Origin: the human T2T-CHM13v2.0 reference genome, Homo sapiens
Direction: 5' to 3' (one strand)
Length of the DNA: 64,000 nucleotides
Assembly: GCF_009914755.1 (NCBI RefSeq)
Contig: NC_060936.1
Below the pieces are notes generated by a model. That model did not search any database and had not been told where the DNA came from. It worked only from the letters and a program-made list of their open reading frames with translations. Positions 24,550 through 39,726 of the stretch are shown in pieces; the first letter of the stretch is position 1, and the number at the start of each line of letters is the position of its first letter. Position numbers and translations under genes: made by a program.

Positions 24550-24885
24550 CACCCGCGCTTGGGTAAGGGGAAGGGGCACCTCCCCAGGGTGACACCCGCC
24601 CGGGTAAGGGGAAGGGACACCTCCCCAGGGTGACACCCGCCCGGGTAAGGGGAAGGGACACCTCCCCAGGGTGACACCCGCCCGGGTAAGGGGAAGGGGC
24701 ACCTCCCCAGGGTGACACCCGCCCGGGAAAGGGGAAGGGGTACCTCCCCAGGGTGACACCCGCCTGGGTAAGGGGAAGGGGCACCTCCCCAGGGCGGCAC
24801 CCGCCTGGGTAAGGGGAAGGGGCACCTCCCCAGGGTGACACTCGCCTGGGTAAGGGGAAGGGGCACCTCCCCAGGGCGGCACCCA
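24550..24885. repeat. 41-bp minisatellite, ~8 copies
   Basis: GGGTAAGGGGAAGGGGCACCTCCCCAGGGTGACACCCGCCC, period 41 (24561, 24602, 24643). Confidence 0.95.
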
Positions 24886-25015
24886 CCACTGACTTCCACG
24901 TCAGGAGTCAGAAGTGCCAGGAGGAGACGCTCTGAAACTTTCTTCCCAGAGTGGGTGCTCATGGAGTTAAGCCACAACTTCCATAAAAGATGAGCACTCA
25001 GCAAAATGACAAGGC

Positions 25016-25170
25016 AGCTGGACATGGTGGCTCATGCCTGTAGTCCCAGCTACTCAGGAGGCTGAGGTGGGAGGATCACCTGAGCCCAGGAGTTGGAGGC
25101 TGCAGTGAGTGATGACTGTACCACAATACTCCAGCCAGGATGACAGCAATACCCTGATAAATAAATAAAG
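25016..25170 (+). mobile_element. Alu monomer (FRAM/AluJ right arm)
   Basis: Single Alu arm with a TAAA tail. Confidence 0.8.
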
Positions 25171-25656
25171 ACAAAGCACCTGAGGAAATCCAATTCTAGG
25201 AGCGTCAGCCAAGAAATCCAACAAAATTGGTGAATTTAAACCCAAAGAGACAGAAAAAGAGAGTAATTAAAGAGGTCTTAGGACGACTGTTAGAATTTCC
25301 AAAGGCATGAAGGAATGAGAGAAAAGCATTAATCAAAAACATGAGTTTATGGATCAAAACAACTATAAAAAAAGAACCAGATATGAAAAATACCCGTGGA
25401 AGAAAGTCTCCTAAATGTAAGATGCAGTCAGTAACTTGAGAAACCAAGGCTAAGCAAGTGGCTCGAATTGCTGTCTGGATGTGGCTGAAGAGAGGACTTG
25501 TTCCTTGGAGTGCAGAACCAGGGGAATTTCCAGGGACACCCCACAGAATGGAAAGGAGATGAGAAACAGGAAGGAGACATCGGCAACCCTGAGGGTCAAA
25601 GTCCCACCCACCTCCAACAAGATTTCCACATGGGGAGGCCACGCACTGAGAAACTA

Positions 25657-26598
<942 letters not shown>

Positions 26599-27196
26599 TC
26601 AATGTATGCAACGCCCCATAATGGAAAAGAAAGGAATCCGCAAACGTCAGGGCTCTGTGATCAGAGGAATTCGGGGGCCCAGAAGCCCACCCCACAGCCG
26701 TTCCTGGTACTGCGCTGCTGGGTGACATCGGGTAAATGCAACCCGCACTTGCTGGAATCGAATTTCAGCAAAAGGTTTCTCAGGTTCACATGGGAGAGTA
26801 AAAGCAAGAGAATAATAGTCAAGAAAGTCCTAAAATAGTAATGGGGACAGGTTTAATCGCTAGACATGCAGCTATTTTATAAATAATTGTATAAATAATG
26901 GCTTAGAGTAGAAAGCTCAAGACAGACAGTGGATTGGGTAAGCCTGTGACGAGGGCTGCTCTTCCGTTCGCGGCTGAGGATGGAGATTTGATGAGTGACC
27001 TGAGAAGGCATCGTCCACCATCTTAAAACCTGATAAAGATCAGCAGCTTCCTCATGTGAAAACACACAACTCCAAACGGATGAAGGCTTTTAATTTGAAA
27101 AAAGAATTCTACGAGTATCAGAAAGATGTTCAGATGGTCAAACAGGCTTCCCTAAGAACGACAGCAAAGGCACACACCATTAAAACGCACATACCA

Positions 27197-27322
27197 GGCC
27201 AGGCGCAGTGGCTCAAGACTGTGGCCCCAGCACTTGGGGAGGCCGAGGCAGGAGGATTGCTTGAGGCCAGGAGTTCAAGGCCAGCCTGGGCAACATGGTG
27301 AAACCCCATCTCCTCACAAAAA
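27197..27322 (+). mobile_element. Alu left monomer (FLAM-like)
   Basis: GGCCAGGCGCAGTGGCTCA...GGAGGATTGCTTGAGGCCAGGAGTTC. Confidence 0.8.
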
Positions 27323-27697
27323 GTAGATACAGTTCACAGTTACTAATTCCTGTGTATCAAAAACTCAACACCATAAAATGAAGCCAGACCAACAGGGAAA
27401 GCGCTTGGTCACACACGCAGTTTCTGCCCCCAGGGCTAAGAGCTCCTCACATGAACAAGCACACAAGGGGCACCGCGAGCAGCAGCTGGCAAAGGAAGAA
27501 AGATGCAGCCGACGATGCGTGGAGCACTCAGGCTCGTTAGCCACGGAGGAAACACAGAGACGCCGCAGAGGCACTTCCTGCATGCCTGTCGTGATTGCAA
27601 AAGTGACAATTATCACATTCCATCGGCTCCTGAGTGCTGCAAGACCTGGGAGGCCGCTTTCTCATGAACGACTGAGGAGGAGATACGGACGCTATGG

Positions 27698-30600
27698 ACG
27701 CACCCCCCGCCACACACCACACAACCCACACCCTACACAACCCGCACACCACACACACAGACACGCCACACAACACACATACACCCCACACAACCCGCAC
27801 CCCACACAACCCACACCCCACATACATCCCACACAACCCACACCCCACACACACCACACAACTCACACCCCACACAACCCGCACCCCACACAACCCACAC
27901 CCCACATACACCCCACACAACCCACACCCTACACAACCCGTACCCCACACAGACACACCACACAACCCACACCCCACATACACCCCCCACACACACCCCA
28001 CACCCTACACAACTCGCACCCCAGACACCCCACACACACCCCACACACACACCACACAACCCACACCGCACACAACCCACACCCCACATACACCCTACAC
28101 AACCCGCACCCCAGACACCCCACACAACCCACACCCCACATACACCCCACACACCCATCCTACACAACCCACACCCCACACAGACACCCCACACAACCCA
28201 CACCCCACATACACCCCACACAGACACCCCACACAACCCACACCCCACATACACCCCACACACCCCACACCCCACACACACAAACCCACACCCCACACAA
28301 CCCGCACCCCACACAACCCGCACCCCACACAACCCACACCCCACACAACCCACACCCCTCATACAGACACCCCAAACACCCCACATACACCCCACACCCC
28401 CCCACACACACCACACAACCCACTCCCCACACAACCCGTACCCGACACCCCACACACCCCACATACACCCCACACAACCCACCCCACATACACCCCACAC
28501 AACCCACACCCCACACACACACACCACACAACCCACACCCCACACAACTCGCACCCCACACAACCTGCACCCCTCATACAGACACCCCACACACACCCCA
28601 CACAACCCACACCCCACACACACCCCACACAACCCACACCCCACACACACACCACACAACCCGCACCCCACACAACCCGCACCCCACACAACCCGCACCC
28701 CACACACACACAAAACCCACACCCCACACAACCCACACCCCCATACACAGACACCCCACACACCCCACATACACCCCACACAACCCACACCCCACACAAC
28801 CCACACCCCACACACACACACCACACAACCCACACCCCACAAACATACACCCCATACACCCCATATACACACCCCAGCGTACATACACACCCCACACTGT
28901 ACCTATACACCCCACACTACACACCCCACACTGTGCATACACACCAGACATACGCCCCATACACCATACACACCCCACACCCCTCCCACACCCCACACTG
29001 TACACACCCCACACACATACATCTCATACACACACCCCACACACATACACACCCTCCCACATACACACCACACAACCCACACTCCACACACTGTAATGTA
29101 CACACCCCACACATACCACACAATCCACACTGCACACACTGTATATACACGTGCCACATGCATAAACACAACCCACACCCCACACACTGTACATACACAC
29201 CCCACACACATACACCCCATATACACACCCTATACACTATACGTACACCCCCCCCACACACCACATAACCCACACCCCACACACTACATACACACCACCC
29301 CCCCACACACAACCCACATGCCACACACTGTACATACACACCCCCACATATACATACCACACAACTCACACCTCACACACTGTACACACCCTACACACAT
29401 ACCACACAACCCACACACTGTACATACACAACCCACACACATACACTGCATATACTCCATATACACATCCCATATACTATACTTATACACCCCCCACACA
29501 CCACACAACCCACCCCACACTACATACACACCACCCCCACACAACCCACATGCCACACACTGTACATAAACACCCCCACATATACATACCACACAACTCA
29601 CACCCCACACGCTGTACACACCCTACACACATACACACCACACAACCCACACACTATATACACCCCCCACACACACACCACACAACTGAAACTCCACTGT
29701 ACATACACATCCCACACACATACATACCACACAATCCACACTCCACACACTGTATATACACATGCCACACACAACACACACCCCACACTGTACATACACA
29801 CCCCACACAACCCACACACCACATTCTATATATACACACCCCACACATGCACATCACACAACCCACACCCCACACACTGTATATACACACCCCACACACA
29901 CACTCCACACACTGTACGTACACACCCCATACACACACTGTACGTACACACCCCATACACACAACACTGTACATACACACCCCCCACAACCCACACTACA
30001 CATGCTGTATACACCCCACACACGCCACACAACCCACACCCCACTGTACATGCATACCCTCACACACACCACACAACCCACACCCCACACTGTGTATACA
30101 CACCCCCCATACACACCACACACCCCACAACCCACACCCCACACACTGTACATATACAACCCACACACACACCCCATACACCCCATATGCACACCCCACA
30201 CACTGTACACACCCCACACACATACACCCCACACACCCCACATTGTACACACCCCACATACACCCCATACACACTATACACACACCCCACACTGTACATA
30301 CACATCCCACACGCATACACCCCAAATACACACCCTACACACATACATCCCACACACCCCACACTGTACATACACACCCCACACATACACCCCATACACA
30401 CCATATACACACCCCACACACATACACCCCACACTGTACATACACAACCCACACATACACCCCATACACAACATATACACACACCCCACACACGGTACAT
30501 ACACACCCCACACATACACCTCATACACACCATATACACGCTGCACATACTGTACATACACCTCACACATACATCCCTTATACCCCATATACACATCCCA

Positions 30601-31290
30601 CACACTGTACATACACATCCCACACACATACACCTCATATACCCCATGTACACACCCCACACTGTACAGACATATCCCACACACATACACCCACCCCACA
30701 CACTGTACACATGCACGCCACACATATGCCCCATACATACCATATACACACCCCACACACATACACAACACACAACCCACACCCCACTGTATATACACAC
30801 CCACATACACCCCACACACATACACACCACACACCCCACACCCCACTGTATATACACACCCCACATGCACCCCATGCACCCCCATATACACACCCCACAC
30901 ACACTGTACATACACACCAAACACCCACCCCACACACTGTACATACACACCAAATACACATCCCACACACATACACCCCATACACCCACCCCACACACTG
31001 TACATACACATCCCACACATACACCCCATATACACACCCACACACATCCCATAAACACACCCCACACACACCATATACACACCCCATACACTGTACATAC
31101 ACACCCCACACACATACACTCCATAAACACGCCCCACACACACCATATACATACCCCACACACTGTACACACCCCACATACACCCCATACACACTGTATA
31201 CACACCCCACACTGTACATACACACCCATCCCCCCCACACACATACATACACCCCATACACACACACACCCACACCCACACACAACCCAT
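27698..31290. repeat. 3.6-kb CA-rich degenerate simple repeat
   Basis: CCCCACACAACCCACA-type units grading into ACACTGTACATACAC-type units. Confidence 0.97.
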
Positions 31291-31899
31291 AGCTTTTTCT
31301 TTGGGAGGAGGGAGGTGAATTTGGCAAATTGTACATAAATCCATGAAAATATGCGTTTCCTGAGTCAGTAATTTCGCTTCTAGAAATTCAGCCTGAGGAA
31401 ATGGCTAGGGCATGAGGAGAGACTCAGATACAGGAAGAATCGTTTCTGTGCCAGATGGAACGGAGGCACCGAAATGGCTCCCCAGCTCGTCAGCAGAACC
31501 CCGGGGCACCAGCGTGCAGCTGTGCATGGTGCCGTCCCCGAACGCGTGTGGGGAAGTGCATTGCACGGACAAAGGCCTGCGACCCTCTCCCCGGCCCAGC
31601 TCCCCGACCCTGCTGGCCGCAGCTCCCTCCGAAGCGTGTGCCTGTGAAAGCAACACCTCAGGCCGCGTTACACCCAGGCACACGCACGCACCACAGACAG
31701 AGTCTGACAGACGCAGACGGGCTCCAGCGAGGTGCACGTCTCGGCCCAGACAGAGGCAGAATTGTGGGTGATTTTTATTTTGTTCTAGTTAACTTATATC
31801 CAGTGCTTTTACATCTAAAACAGCTTTTCTAAAGAAAAGAAAACTGGTGTTTAAGGAATGTCTGCACGTGATGAAAATTAGCATGCTTGCTGTATCCCA

Positions 31900-32030
31900 G
31901 GCACTGAGAGCCCCACTGCGTTTAATCCTGAAAGAGCCCCAGGGGTGTAGTCGTATTGTCATCCTTAGTGACAGATGGGGAAACGGAGGCTCAGGGTACG
32001 GAGGCAGCCCCGCTGGTTAATGGGCAGAGG
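31900..32030 (+). mobile_element. MIR fragment
   Basis: TTTAATCCT...ACAGATGGGGAAACGGAGGCTCAG. Confidence 0.6.
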
Positions 32031-32564
32031 CAGGGTCCAAAGGCAACGTGGAGGGGTCTTCTGAAGACCCCTCGTGCTCAGCGGGGCTTCCCCACAGGGA
32101 TGTGCAAATGGACAGAGACCTCCCCGTCCCCACACCTTCTTGCTCTGAGCCTCGGTTTCCCCATCTGTCTCCTCCCTGCAGCCTGGAGGCCTGGTTGACC
32201 TGCTGAGGTTGAGCAGGGGCTGTGGGCAGGTGAGTGGCCCGTCTTGTAGCTACAGCCTGCTCTGTGGTCTGCTGGGGAGTGGCGGTGCCAGACTTGGTGA
32301 GGACGCCATGTGCCGCCCCAGCAGGGGTGGCGGGGGGGCACCAACCACCTGTGGCTGGAACAAGCCCTTGGACAAAGCAGCTCTAGAGAACAAGAACAGG
32401 GCTTCAGTCTCTCTCCAGCCTCTCCCTCTGCCCTCCACTCATGCAGAAAGGAGACACCCCCGCGTCCCTCCCCGGCGTCCCTCTGACACCTGCATCCCTC
32501 CCCGGCGTCCCTCCCCAGCGTCCCTCTGACCCCGGCACTCCCTTTCCCTGAGTGTGGGTGGCGG

Positions 32565-32780
32565 GGCGGCCCGTCAGCACCTCCTCGCTCCCTCCCCAGA
32601 GGAAGGGTGATACCTCTTTGCCTCTGGCGAGGCAGGGCGGCCCGTCAGCACCTCCTCGCTCCCTCCCCAGAGGAAGGGTGATACCTCTTTGCCTCTGGCA
32701 AGACAGGGCGGCCAGTCAGCACCTCCTCGCTCCCTCCCCAGAGGAAGGGTGACACCTCTTTGCCTCTGGCGAGACAGGGC
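32565..32780. repeat. 71-bp tandem repeat x3
   Basis: TCAGCACCTCCTCGCTCCCTCCCCAGAGGAAGGGTGA.. at 32574, 32645 and 32716. Confidence 0.9.
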
Positions 32781-34034
32781 TTATTAACAGGATCTTGATG
32801 AACCCACCCCCTTGGAGAATTGCAAAAGCCACCCCCCCGGCCCCAGACGTTCTGATGCTCACACAGCCCCCCAGCGGAGTGGGGTCTCGAGGGTCCAGGA
32901 GGTGCCTTCCGTGTGCAAGAGGAGGTTTTCCTGTAACACCCGAGGAGCAGCATGTCCGAGCGTTTCAAGACAGAGAGCAAACGATTTCCAACTTCCGCTC
33001 TGCAGATGGCTTTCCTGGCCCGACTCTCACACTTGATTCCGTCCTGACCTTTATTAAGCCTAATAGACGCGATGGACTCATTTTCCTCTAACTGGCTCTA
33101 GGACTTTCCTCATTAGAAGATGAGCAGCTGGCATTTCTACCGTCGCAGAAATGTAAATTGGCCCCAAGACGGGAGAATTACTCCTCTAATTGGGCTGAAT
33201 TGATCAGAGAGGCCGCCGGTGTGGACGGGTTAGACACGGGTGCACAGGAGCCAGGGGCAGAACACATGGCCACGTGGTCCTGGGGCACACACCTGTGCCA
33301 GTGCATGGGGCAGGGGGCCGCCCTCCCCTGGACACGTACCAGTCTCAGGGCGGCAGAGCCTTTGCCCTTGCCAATCCCTCTGCTGGAACACTGTTCCCTG
33401 CAGCTGCCTCTGCTCCTCCATCCTGGCTCACAGGTGGCCGCTCCGTGCACCGTTCCCTGGTCTTCTCCCCACTTAGGCCTCTCCACCGCAGGTGGAGCCC
33501 ACGCCCCATCTCGCCCTGGGTCACCAGAGGCAAGCCCCACGAGGCGCACGCTTTGTCTGCTTTGCTCTCTGTGGAACCTGAACCCAGAGCAGCCTCCAGC
33601 ACCTGAGCTCACTCAGGAGTCTGTTCAGCCAATGAATAACTCGCTTCCCTTTGACGCCCCACCCGTCCTGCCCTGGCACGAGCACTTTATGGAGAGACTA
33701 TCCAGATGACTTATCTGTTCATTCACTAATGCCCCAGACACCGACCACACCCCGCGGCAGGCCCCAGGGCCACACTCGCAGGCACAGCCCCGCAGTAAGT
33801 CCTGCTCTCATGAGCACGCGTGACGGGGATGGGGCTGGGAGAGAGGCCGCCTGTGCCTCAGCGGGGCCGTCCCCACCCTTCTCGGGCCACACGGCCGGCA
33901 TGGTTGGCAAGCTTAGCTGGGAAGCCACCAGCCTCTCCCTGAGTCCCAGGCGAGAAAGAAATCATGGTCACCGGCATCTGTGAAGCACCAACTCAGTGCC
34001 AGTTACGGGGTTCAGGGCACCACAGGTGTTCACT

Positions 34035-34170
34035 GATTTAATCCTAATAAAGGAATCCTTTCTCCGATGAGGAAGCCGGGGCTGTGAGAAGCTAGGAGCT
34101 TGCCCAAGGTCACCGTCCGTCGGTGGTGGAGTCACAGGCTCTCAGCCCCAATCTCAGCCACCTCACTCTG
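34035..34170 (+). mobile_element. MIR fragment
   Basis: GATGAGGAAGCCGGGGCT..CTTGCCCAAGGTCAC. Confidence 0.55.
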
Positions 34171-34199
34171 CTGAACAAGCAAAGAACAGTGAAATACAC

Positions 34200-34625
34200 A
34201 AAGAATGCACATTCCCGGACCCTTCTGCCAGGCCGACCTGGGTCCCGGTGCCGCCCCCTTGAACCTGGGCAGGCGTGTGGCTGCATCCATCAACAGTCGC
34301 CACCGGGTCATCCAAGGTGGGGCACAGAGGGCATCGTAATTCCAGCCTGGGCCACCAAAATTCACATACCACCAGGAAGCCCAGCTGTGGAGAGGCCGCG
34401 CACAGCCACCTGCCCCAGCTGAACCCTCCGGAGTCCACGCACCCCCTGCCATGTGTGTGCGTGCCCCTTGCTGGACGTCCTGCCTGTGAGCCTTGTGATG
34501 GGGGCCGCCACACAGGACAGCATCCGCCTTCCCGAGTTCCTGACCCACAAGATTGTGAACAAAATGAAACAGTCACTTTAAGCCACTAAATTATGGGGTG
34601 ATCTGCTACAAGGCAAAAGGAGCTG
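34200..34625 (+). mobile_element. MLT1-like LTR fragment
   Basis: 3' end TTCCTGACCCACAAGATTGTGAACAAAATGAA..TTTAAGCCACTAAATTATGGGGTGATCTGCTAC. Confidence 0.55.
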
Positions 34626-34736
34626 GGGTACAAACCAACTGCAGGGGGGTTTGGTGGGTCTACGGGCACCTGGCGTTCGCTGCCAGATCGACGGGCATAG
34701 AAAAAGCCCCATAACCCACGCGGGCTGGGGAGCCCT

Positions 34737-34847
34737 TTAATCCGTCCACTGCCAAGGCCACGCTGCCTGGCCCTCGTGGCGGGGGAGTCCTGTTAATCTG
34801 TCCACTGCCAAGGCCGCGCCACCTGGCCCTCGTGGCGGGGAAGTCCT
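34737..34847. repeat. 56-bp tandem duplication
   Basis: TTAATCYGTCCACTGCCAAGGCC..CCTGGCCCTCGTGGCGGGG..AGTCCT occurs twice. Confidence 0.85.
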
Positions 34848-35195
34848 CACGGAGTGGATGAGAAGGCTGCCCGGGCAGGACCCCTTCCCCGCAGCCCTTA
34901 AATCAGAAGGGTGAGGCCCGGTCCTCCTGTAGCTGGGACACGGCATATTTTGGCAGGGAGGGGCTGGCTGACGTGTGATAGCCACACTGGAGGCTGAGGT
35001 ATGTGTTAACGGGGTAACAGTCCGGGTTAATGGATCGATTTATTTTGTTGGTGTTTCAGCCTCCCTTGAGCTCATTACAGGCAGACCACACCGCAGGCCA
35101 CTGCAGGGCTCCCAACCTCCATTCGGGACGTCTTGGTGAGACTCTGCTGAGCCTCACACTCTTCTGGGCACTGGAAAAGTAGTGACAGAGACTCA

Positions 35196-38100
35196 CCCTA
35201 GTGCCACACACTCGATGGAGTGACAGAGGAGACAGCGTGGAGTCCCTAGTGCCACACACTCGATGGGGCGACAGAGGAGACAGCGTGGAGTCCCTAGTGC
35301 CACACACTCGATGGGGCGACAGAGGAGACAGCGTGGAGCCCCTACTGCCACACACTCCATGGGGCGACAGAGGAGACAGCGTGGAGCCCCTAGTGCCACA
35401 CACTCGATGGGGCGACAGAGGAGACAGCGTGGAGTCCCCTACTGCCACACACTCGATGGGGCGACAGAGGAGACAGCGTGGAGTCCCTAGTGCCACACAC
35501 TCGATGGGGCGACAGAGGAGACAGCGTGGAGTCCCTAGTGCCACACACTCGATGGGGCGACAGAGGAGACAGCGTGGAGCCCCTAGTGCCACACACTCGA
35601 TGGGGCGACAGAGGAGACAGCGTGGAGTCCCTAGTGCCACACACTCGATGGGGCGACAGAGGAGACAGCGTGGAGTCCCTAGTGCCACACACTCGATGGG
35701 GCGACAGAGGAGACAGCGTGGAGCCCCTACTGCCACACACTCGATGGGGCGACAGAGGAGACAGCGTGGAGCCCCTAGTGCCACACACTCGATGGGGCGA
35801 CAGAGGAGACAGCGTGGAGCCCCTAGTGCCACACACTCGATGGGGCGACAGAGGAGACAGCGTGGAGCCCCTAGTGCCACACACTCGATGGGGCGACAGA
35901 GGAGACAGCGTGGAGTCCCTAGTGCCACACACTCGATGGGGCGACAGAGGAGACAGCGTGGAGTCCCTAGTGCCACACACTCGATGGGGTGACAGGGACA
36001 GCGTGGAGCCCCTAGTGCTACACACTCGATGGGGCGACAGAGGAGACAGCGTGGAGTCCCTAGTGCCACACACTCGATGGGGCGACAGAGGAGACAGCGT
36101 GGAGTCCCTAGTGCCACACACTCGATGGGGCGACAGAGGAGACAGCGTGGAGTCCCTAGTGCCACACACTCGATGGGGCGACAGAGGAGACAGCATGGAG
36201 TCCCTAGTGCCACACACTCGATGGGGCGACAGAGGAGACAGTGTGGAGTCCCTACTGCCACACACTCGATGGGGCGACAGAGGAGACAGCGTGGAGCCCC
36301 TAGTGCCACACACTCGATGGGGCGACAGAGGAGACAGCGTGGAGTCCCTAGTGCCACACACTCGATGGGGCGACAGAGGAGACAGCGTGGAGTCCCTAGT
36401 GCCACACACTCGATGGGGCGACAGAGGAGACAGCGTGGAGTCCCTAGTGCCACACACTCGATGGGGCGACAGAGGAGACAGCGTGGAGTCCCTAGTGCCA
36501 CACACTCGATGGGGTGACAGGGACAGCGTGGAGCCCCTAGTGCTACACACTCGATGGGGCGACAGAGGAGACAGCGTGGAGTCCCTAGTGCCACACACTC
36601 GATGGGGCGACAGAGGAGACAGTGTGGAGTCCCTAGTGCCACACACTCGATGGGGCGACAGAGGAGACAGTGTGGAGTCCCTAGTGCCACACACTCGATG
36701 GGGCGACAGAGGAGACAGCGTGGAGTCCCTAGTGCCACACACTCGATGGGGCGACAGAGGAGACAGCGTGGAGTCCCTAGTGCCACACACTCGATGGGGC
36801 GACAGAGGAGACAGCGTGGAGTCCCTAGTGCCACACACTCGATGGGGCGACAGAGGAGACAGCGTGGAGTCCCTAGTGCCACACACTCGATGGGGCGACA
36901 GAGGAGACAGCGTGGAGTCCCTACTGCCACACACTCGATGGGGCGACAGAGGAGACAGCGTGGAGTCCCTAGTGCCACACACTCGATGGGGCGACAGAGG
37001 AGACAGCGTGGAGTCCCTAGTGCCACACACTCGATGGGGCGACAGAGGAGACAGTGTGGAGTCCCTAGTGCCACACACTCGATGGGGCGACAGAGGAGAC
37101 AGCGTGGAGTCCCTAGTGCCACACACTCGATGGGGCGACAGAGGAGACAGCGTGGAGTCCCTAGTGCCACACACTCGATGGGGCGACAGAGGAGACAGCG
37201 TGGAGTCCCTAGTGCCACACACTCGATGGGGCGACAGAGGAGACAGCGTGGAGTCCCTAGTGCCACACACTCGATGGGGCGACAGAGGAGACAGCGTGGA
37301 GTCCCCTACTGCCACACACTCCATGGGGCGACAGGAGACAGCGTGGAGCCCCTAGTGCCACACACTCGATGGGGCGACAGAGGAGACAGCGTGGAGTCCC
37401 TAGTGCCACACACTCGATGGGGCGACAGAGGAGACAGCGTGGAGCCCCTAGTGCCACACACTCGATGGGGCGACAGAGGAGACAGCGTGGAGCCCCTAGT
37501 GCCACACACTCGATGGGGCGACAGAGGAGACAGCGTGGAGCCCCTAGTGCCACACACTCGATGGGGCGACAGAGGAGACAGCGTGGAGCCCCTAGTGCCA
37601 CACACTCGATGGGGCGACAGAGGAGACAGCGTGGAGTCCCTAGTGCCACACACTCGATGGCGTGAGAGAGGAGACAGCGTGGAGTCCCTAGTGCCACACA
37701 CTCGATGGGGTGACAGAGGAGACAGTGTGGAGCCCCTAGTGCCACACACTCGATGGGGCGACAGAGGAGACAGCGTGGAGTCCCTGGTGCCACACACTCG
37801 ATGGGGCGACAGAGGAGACAGCGTGGAGTCCCTAGTGCCACACACTCGATGGCGTGAGAGAGGAGACAGCGTGGAGTCCCTAGTGCCACACACTCGATGG
37901 GGCGACAGAGGAGACAGCGTGGAGCCCCTAGTGCCACACACTCGATGGGGCGACAGAGGAGACAGCGTGGAGTCCCTAGTGCCACACACTCGATGGGGCG
38001 ACAGAGGAGACAGCATGGAGTCCCTAGTGCCACACACTCGATGGGGCGACAGAGGAGACAGCGTGGAGTCCCTAGTGCCACACACTCGATGGGGCGACAG

Positions 38101-38786
38101 AGGAGACAGTGTGGAGCCCCTAGTGCCACACACTCGATGGGGCGACAGAGGAGACAGCGTGGAGTCCCTGGTGCCACACACTCGATGGGGCGACAGAGGA
38201 GACAGCGTGGAGTCCCTAGTGCCACACACTCGATGGCGTGAGAGAGGAGACAGCGTGGAGTCCCTAGTGCCACACACTCGATGGCGTGAGAGAGGAGACA
38301 GCGTGGAGTCCCTAGTGCCACACACTCGATGGGGCGACAGAGGAGACAGCGTGGAGCCCCTAGTGCCACACACTCGATGGGGCGACAGAGGAGACAGCGT
38401 GGAGTCCCTAGTGCCACACACTCGATGGGGCGACAGAGGAGACAGCATGGAGTCCCTAGTGCCACACACTCGATGGGGCGACAGAGGAGACAGCGTGGAG
38501 TCCCTAGTGCCACACACTCGATGGGGCGACAGAGGAGACAGTGTGGAGCCCCTAGTGCCACACACTCGATGGGGCGACAGAGGAGACAGCGTGGAGTCCC
38601 TGGTGCCACACACTCGATGGGGCGACAGAGGAGACAGCGTGGAGTCCCTAGTGCCACACACTCGATGGCGTGAGAGAGGAGACAGCGTGGAGTCCCTAGT
38701 GCCACACACTCGATGGGGTGACAGGGACAGCGTGGAGCCCCTAGTGCCACACACTCGATGGCGTGAGAGAGGAGACAGCGTGGAGC
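35196..38786. repeat. 48-bp VNTR, ~75 copies (3.6 kb)
   Basis: CCCTAGTGCCACACACTCGATGGGGCGACAGAGGAGACAGCGTGGAGT. Confidence 0.98.
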
Positions 38787-39219
38787 TGGCCCACAAGCTC
38801 AGAGTGTGTGGGGCAGAGGACAGTGCTGGAGGAGTGAGGAGCCGGGTGCGGTGGGCGCTGTGCACGGTGTGGTCATTGGAGCTGGGACCCGGAGACTGGG
38901 AATCAGGCAGCTTCCAAACAAACTGTGTGGGGTAGAGCCAAGATTTGAACCCAGGGTCCTAGAGGAGAGGTGGACAGGAGGAGAGAGCAGAGGGAGAGAG
39001 TGTTGGGGGGCACCGGCTGCGGGAACTGGAGCTCAGAAGAGAAGGAAGCTGGGGCACAGCTCGGAGGTGGGGAAAGGTACCCGACCTCTTTCCAAACCCC
39101 CTTGAAGTGCCCCTCCAGGGTGGTCAGCATGGAGTTGGGGAAGGGGGAGACCCTGCCCTTCCACCCACCCCACAGCAGCCAGAGCCAGTTGCTCAGCCCC
39201 CAGCGGCCCTGGCGGCCAG

Positions 39220-39726
39220 CCCCTCGGGACAGGGCAGGAGGGTCCCCCGGGCTGGAGTTCAACCCTCGGGACAGGGCAGGAGGGTCCCCCGGGCTGGAGT
39301 GAGTTCAACCCTCGGGACAGGGCAGGAGGGTCCCCCGGGCTGGAGTTCAACCCTCGGGACAGGGCAGGAGGGTCCCCCGGGCTGGAGTTCAACCCTCGGG
39401 ACAGGGCAGGAGGGTCCCCCGGGCTGGAGTTCAACCCTCGGGACAGGGCAGGAGGGTCCCCCGGGCTGGAGTTCAACCCTCGGGACAGGGCAGGAGGGTC
39501 CCCCGGGCTGGAGTTCAACCCTCGGGACAGGGCAGGAGGGTCCCCCGGGCTGGAGTTCAACCCTCGGGACAGGGCAGGAGGGTCCCCCGGGCTGGAGTTC
39601 AACCCTCGGGACAGGGCAGGAGGGTCCCCCGGGCTGGAGTTCAACCCTCGGGACAGGGCAGGAGGGTCCCCCGGGCTGGAGTTCAACCCTCGGGACAGGG
39701 CAGAAGATCCCCTGGGCTGGAGTTCA
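39220..39726. repeat. 42-bp VNTR, ~12 near-identical copies
   Basis: AACCCTCGGGACAGGGCAGGAGGGTCCCCCGGGCTGGAGTTC. Confidence 0.97.

Noticed and set aside
27378-31344. His/Thr/Pro-rich mucin-like ORFs
   Set aside because: CA-rich low-complexity DNA lacks stop codons by composition.
35196-38786. CRISPR-like regular array
   Set aside because: No unique spacers, no cas genes, and a eukaryotic intronic context. The same applies to all other arrays here.
35056-38935. Cys-rich 'CLLCRPIEC' and other 500-800-aa ORFs resembling keratin-associated or zinc-binding proteins
   Set aside because: Artefacts of the 48-bp VNTR (unit length divisible by 3).
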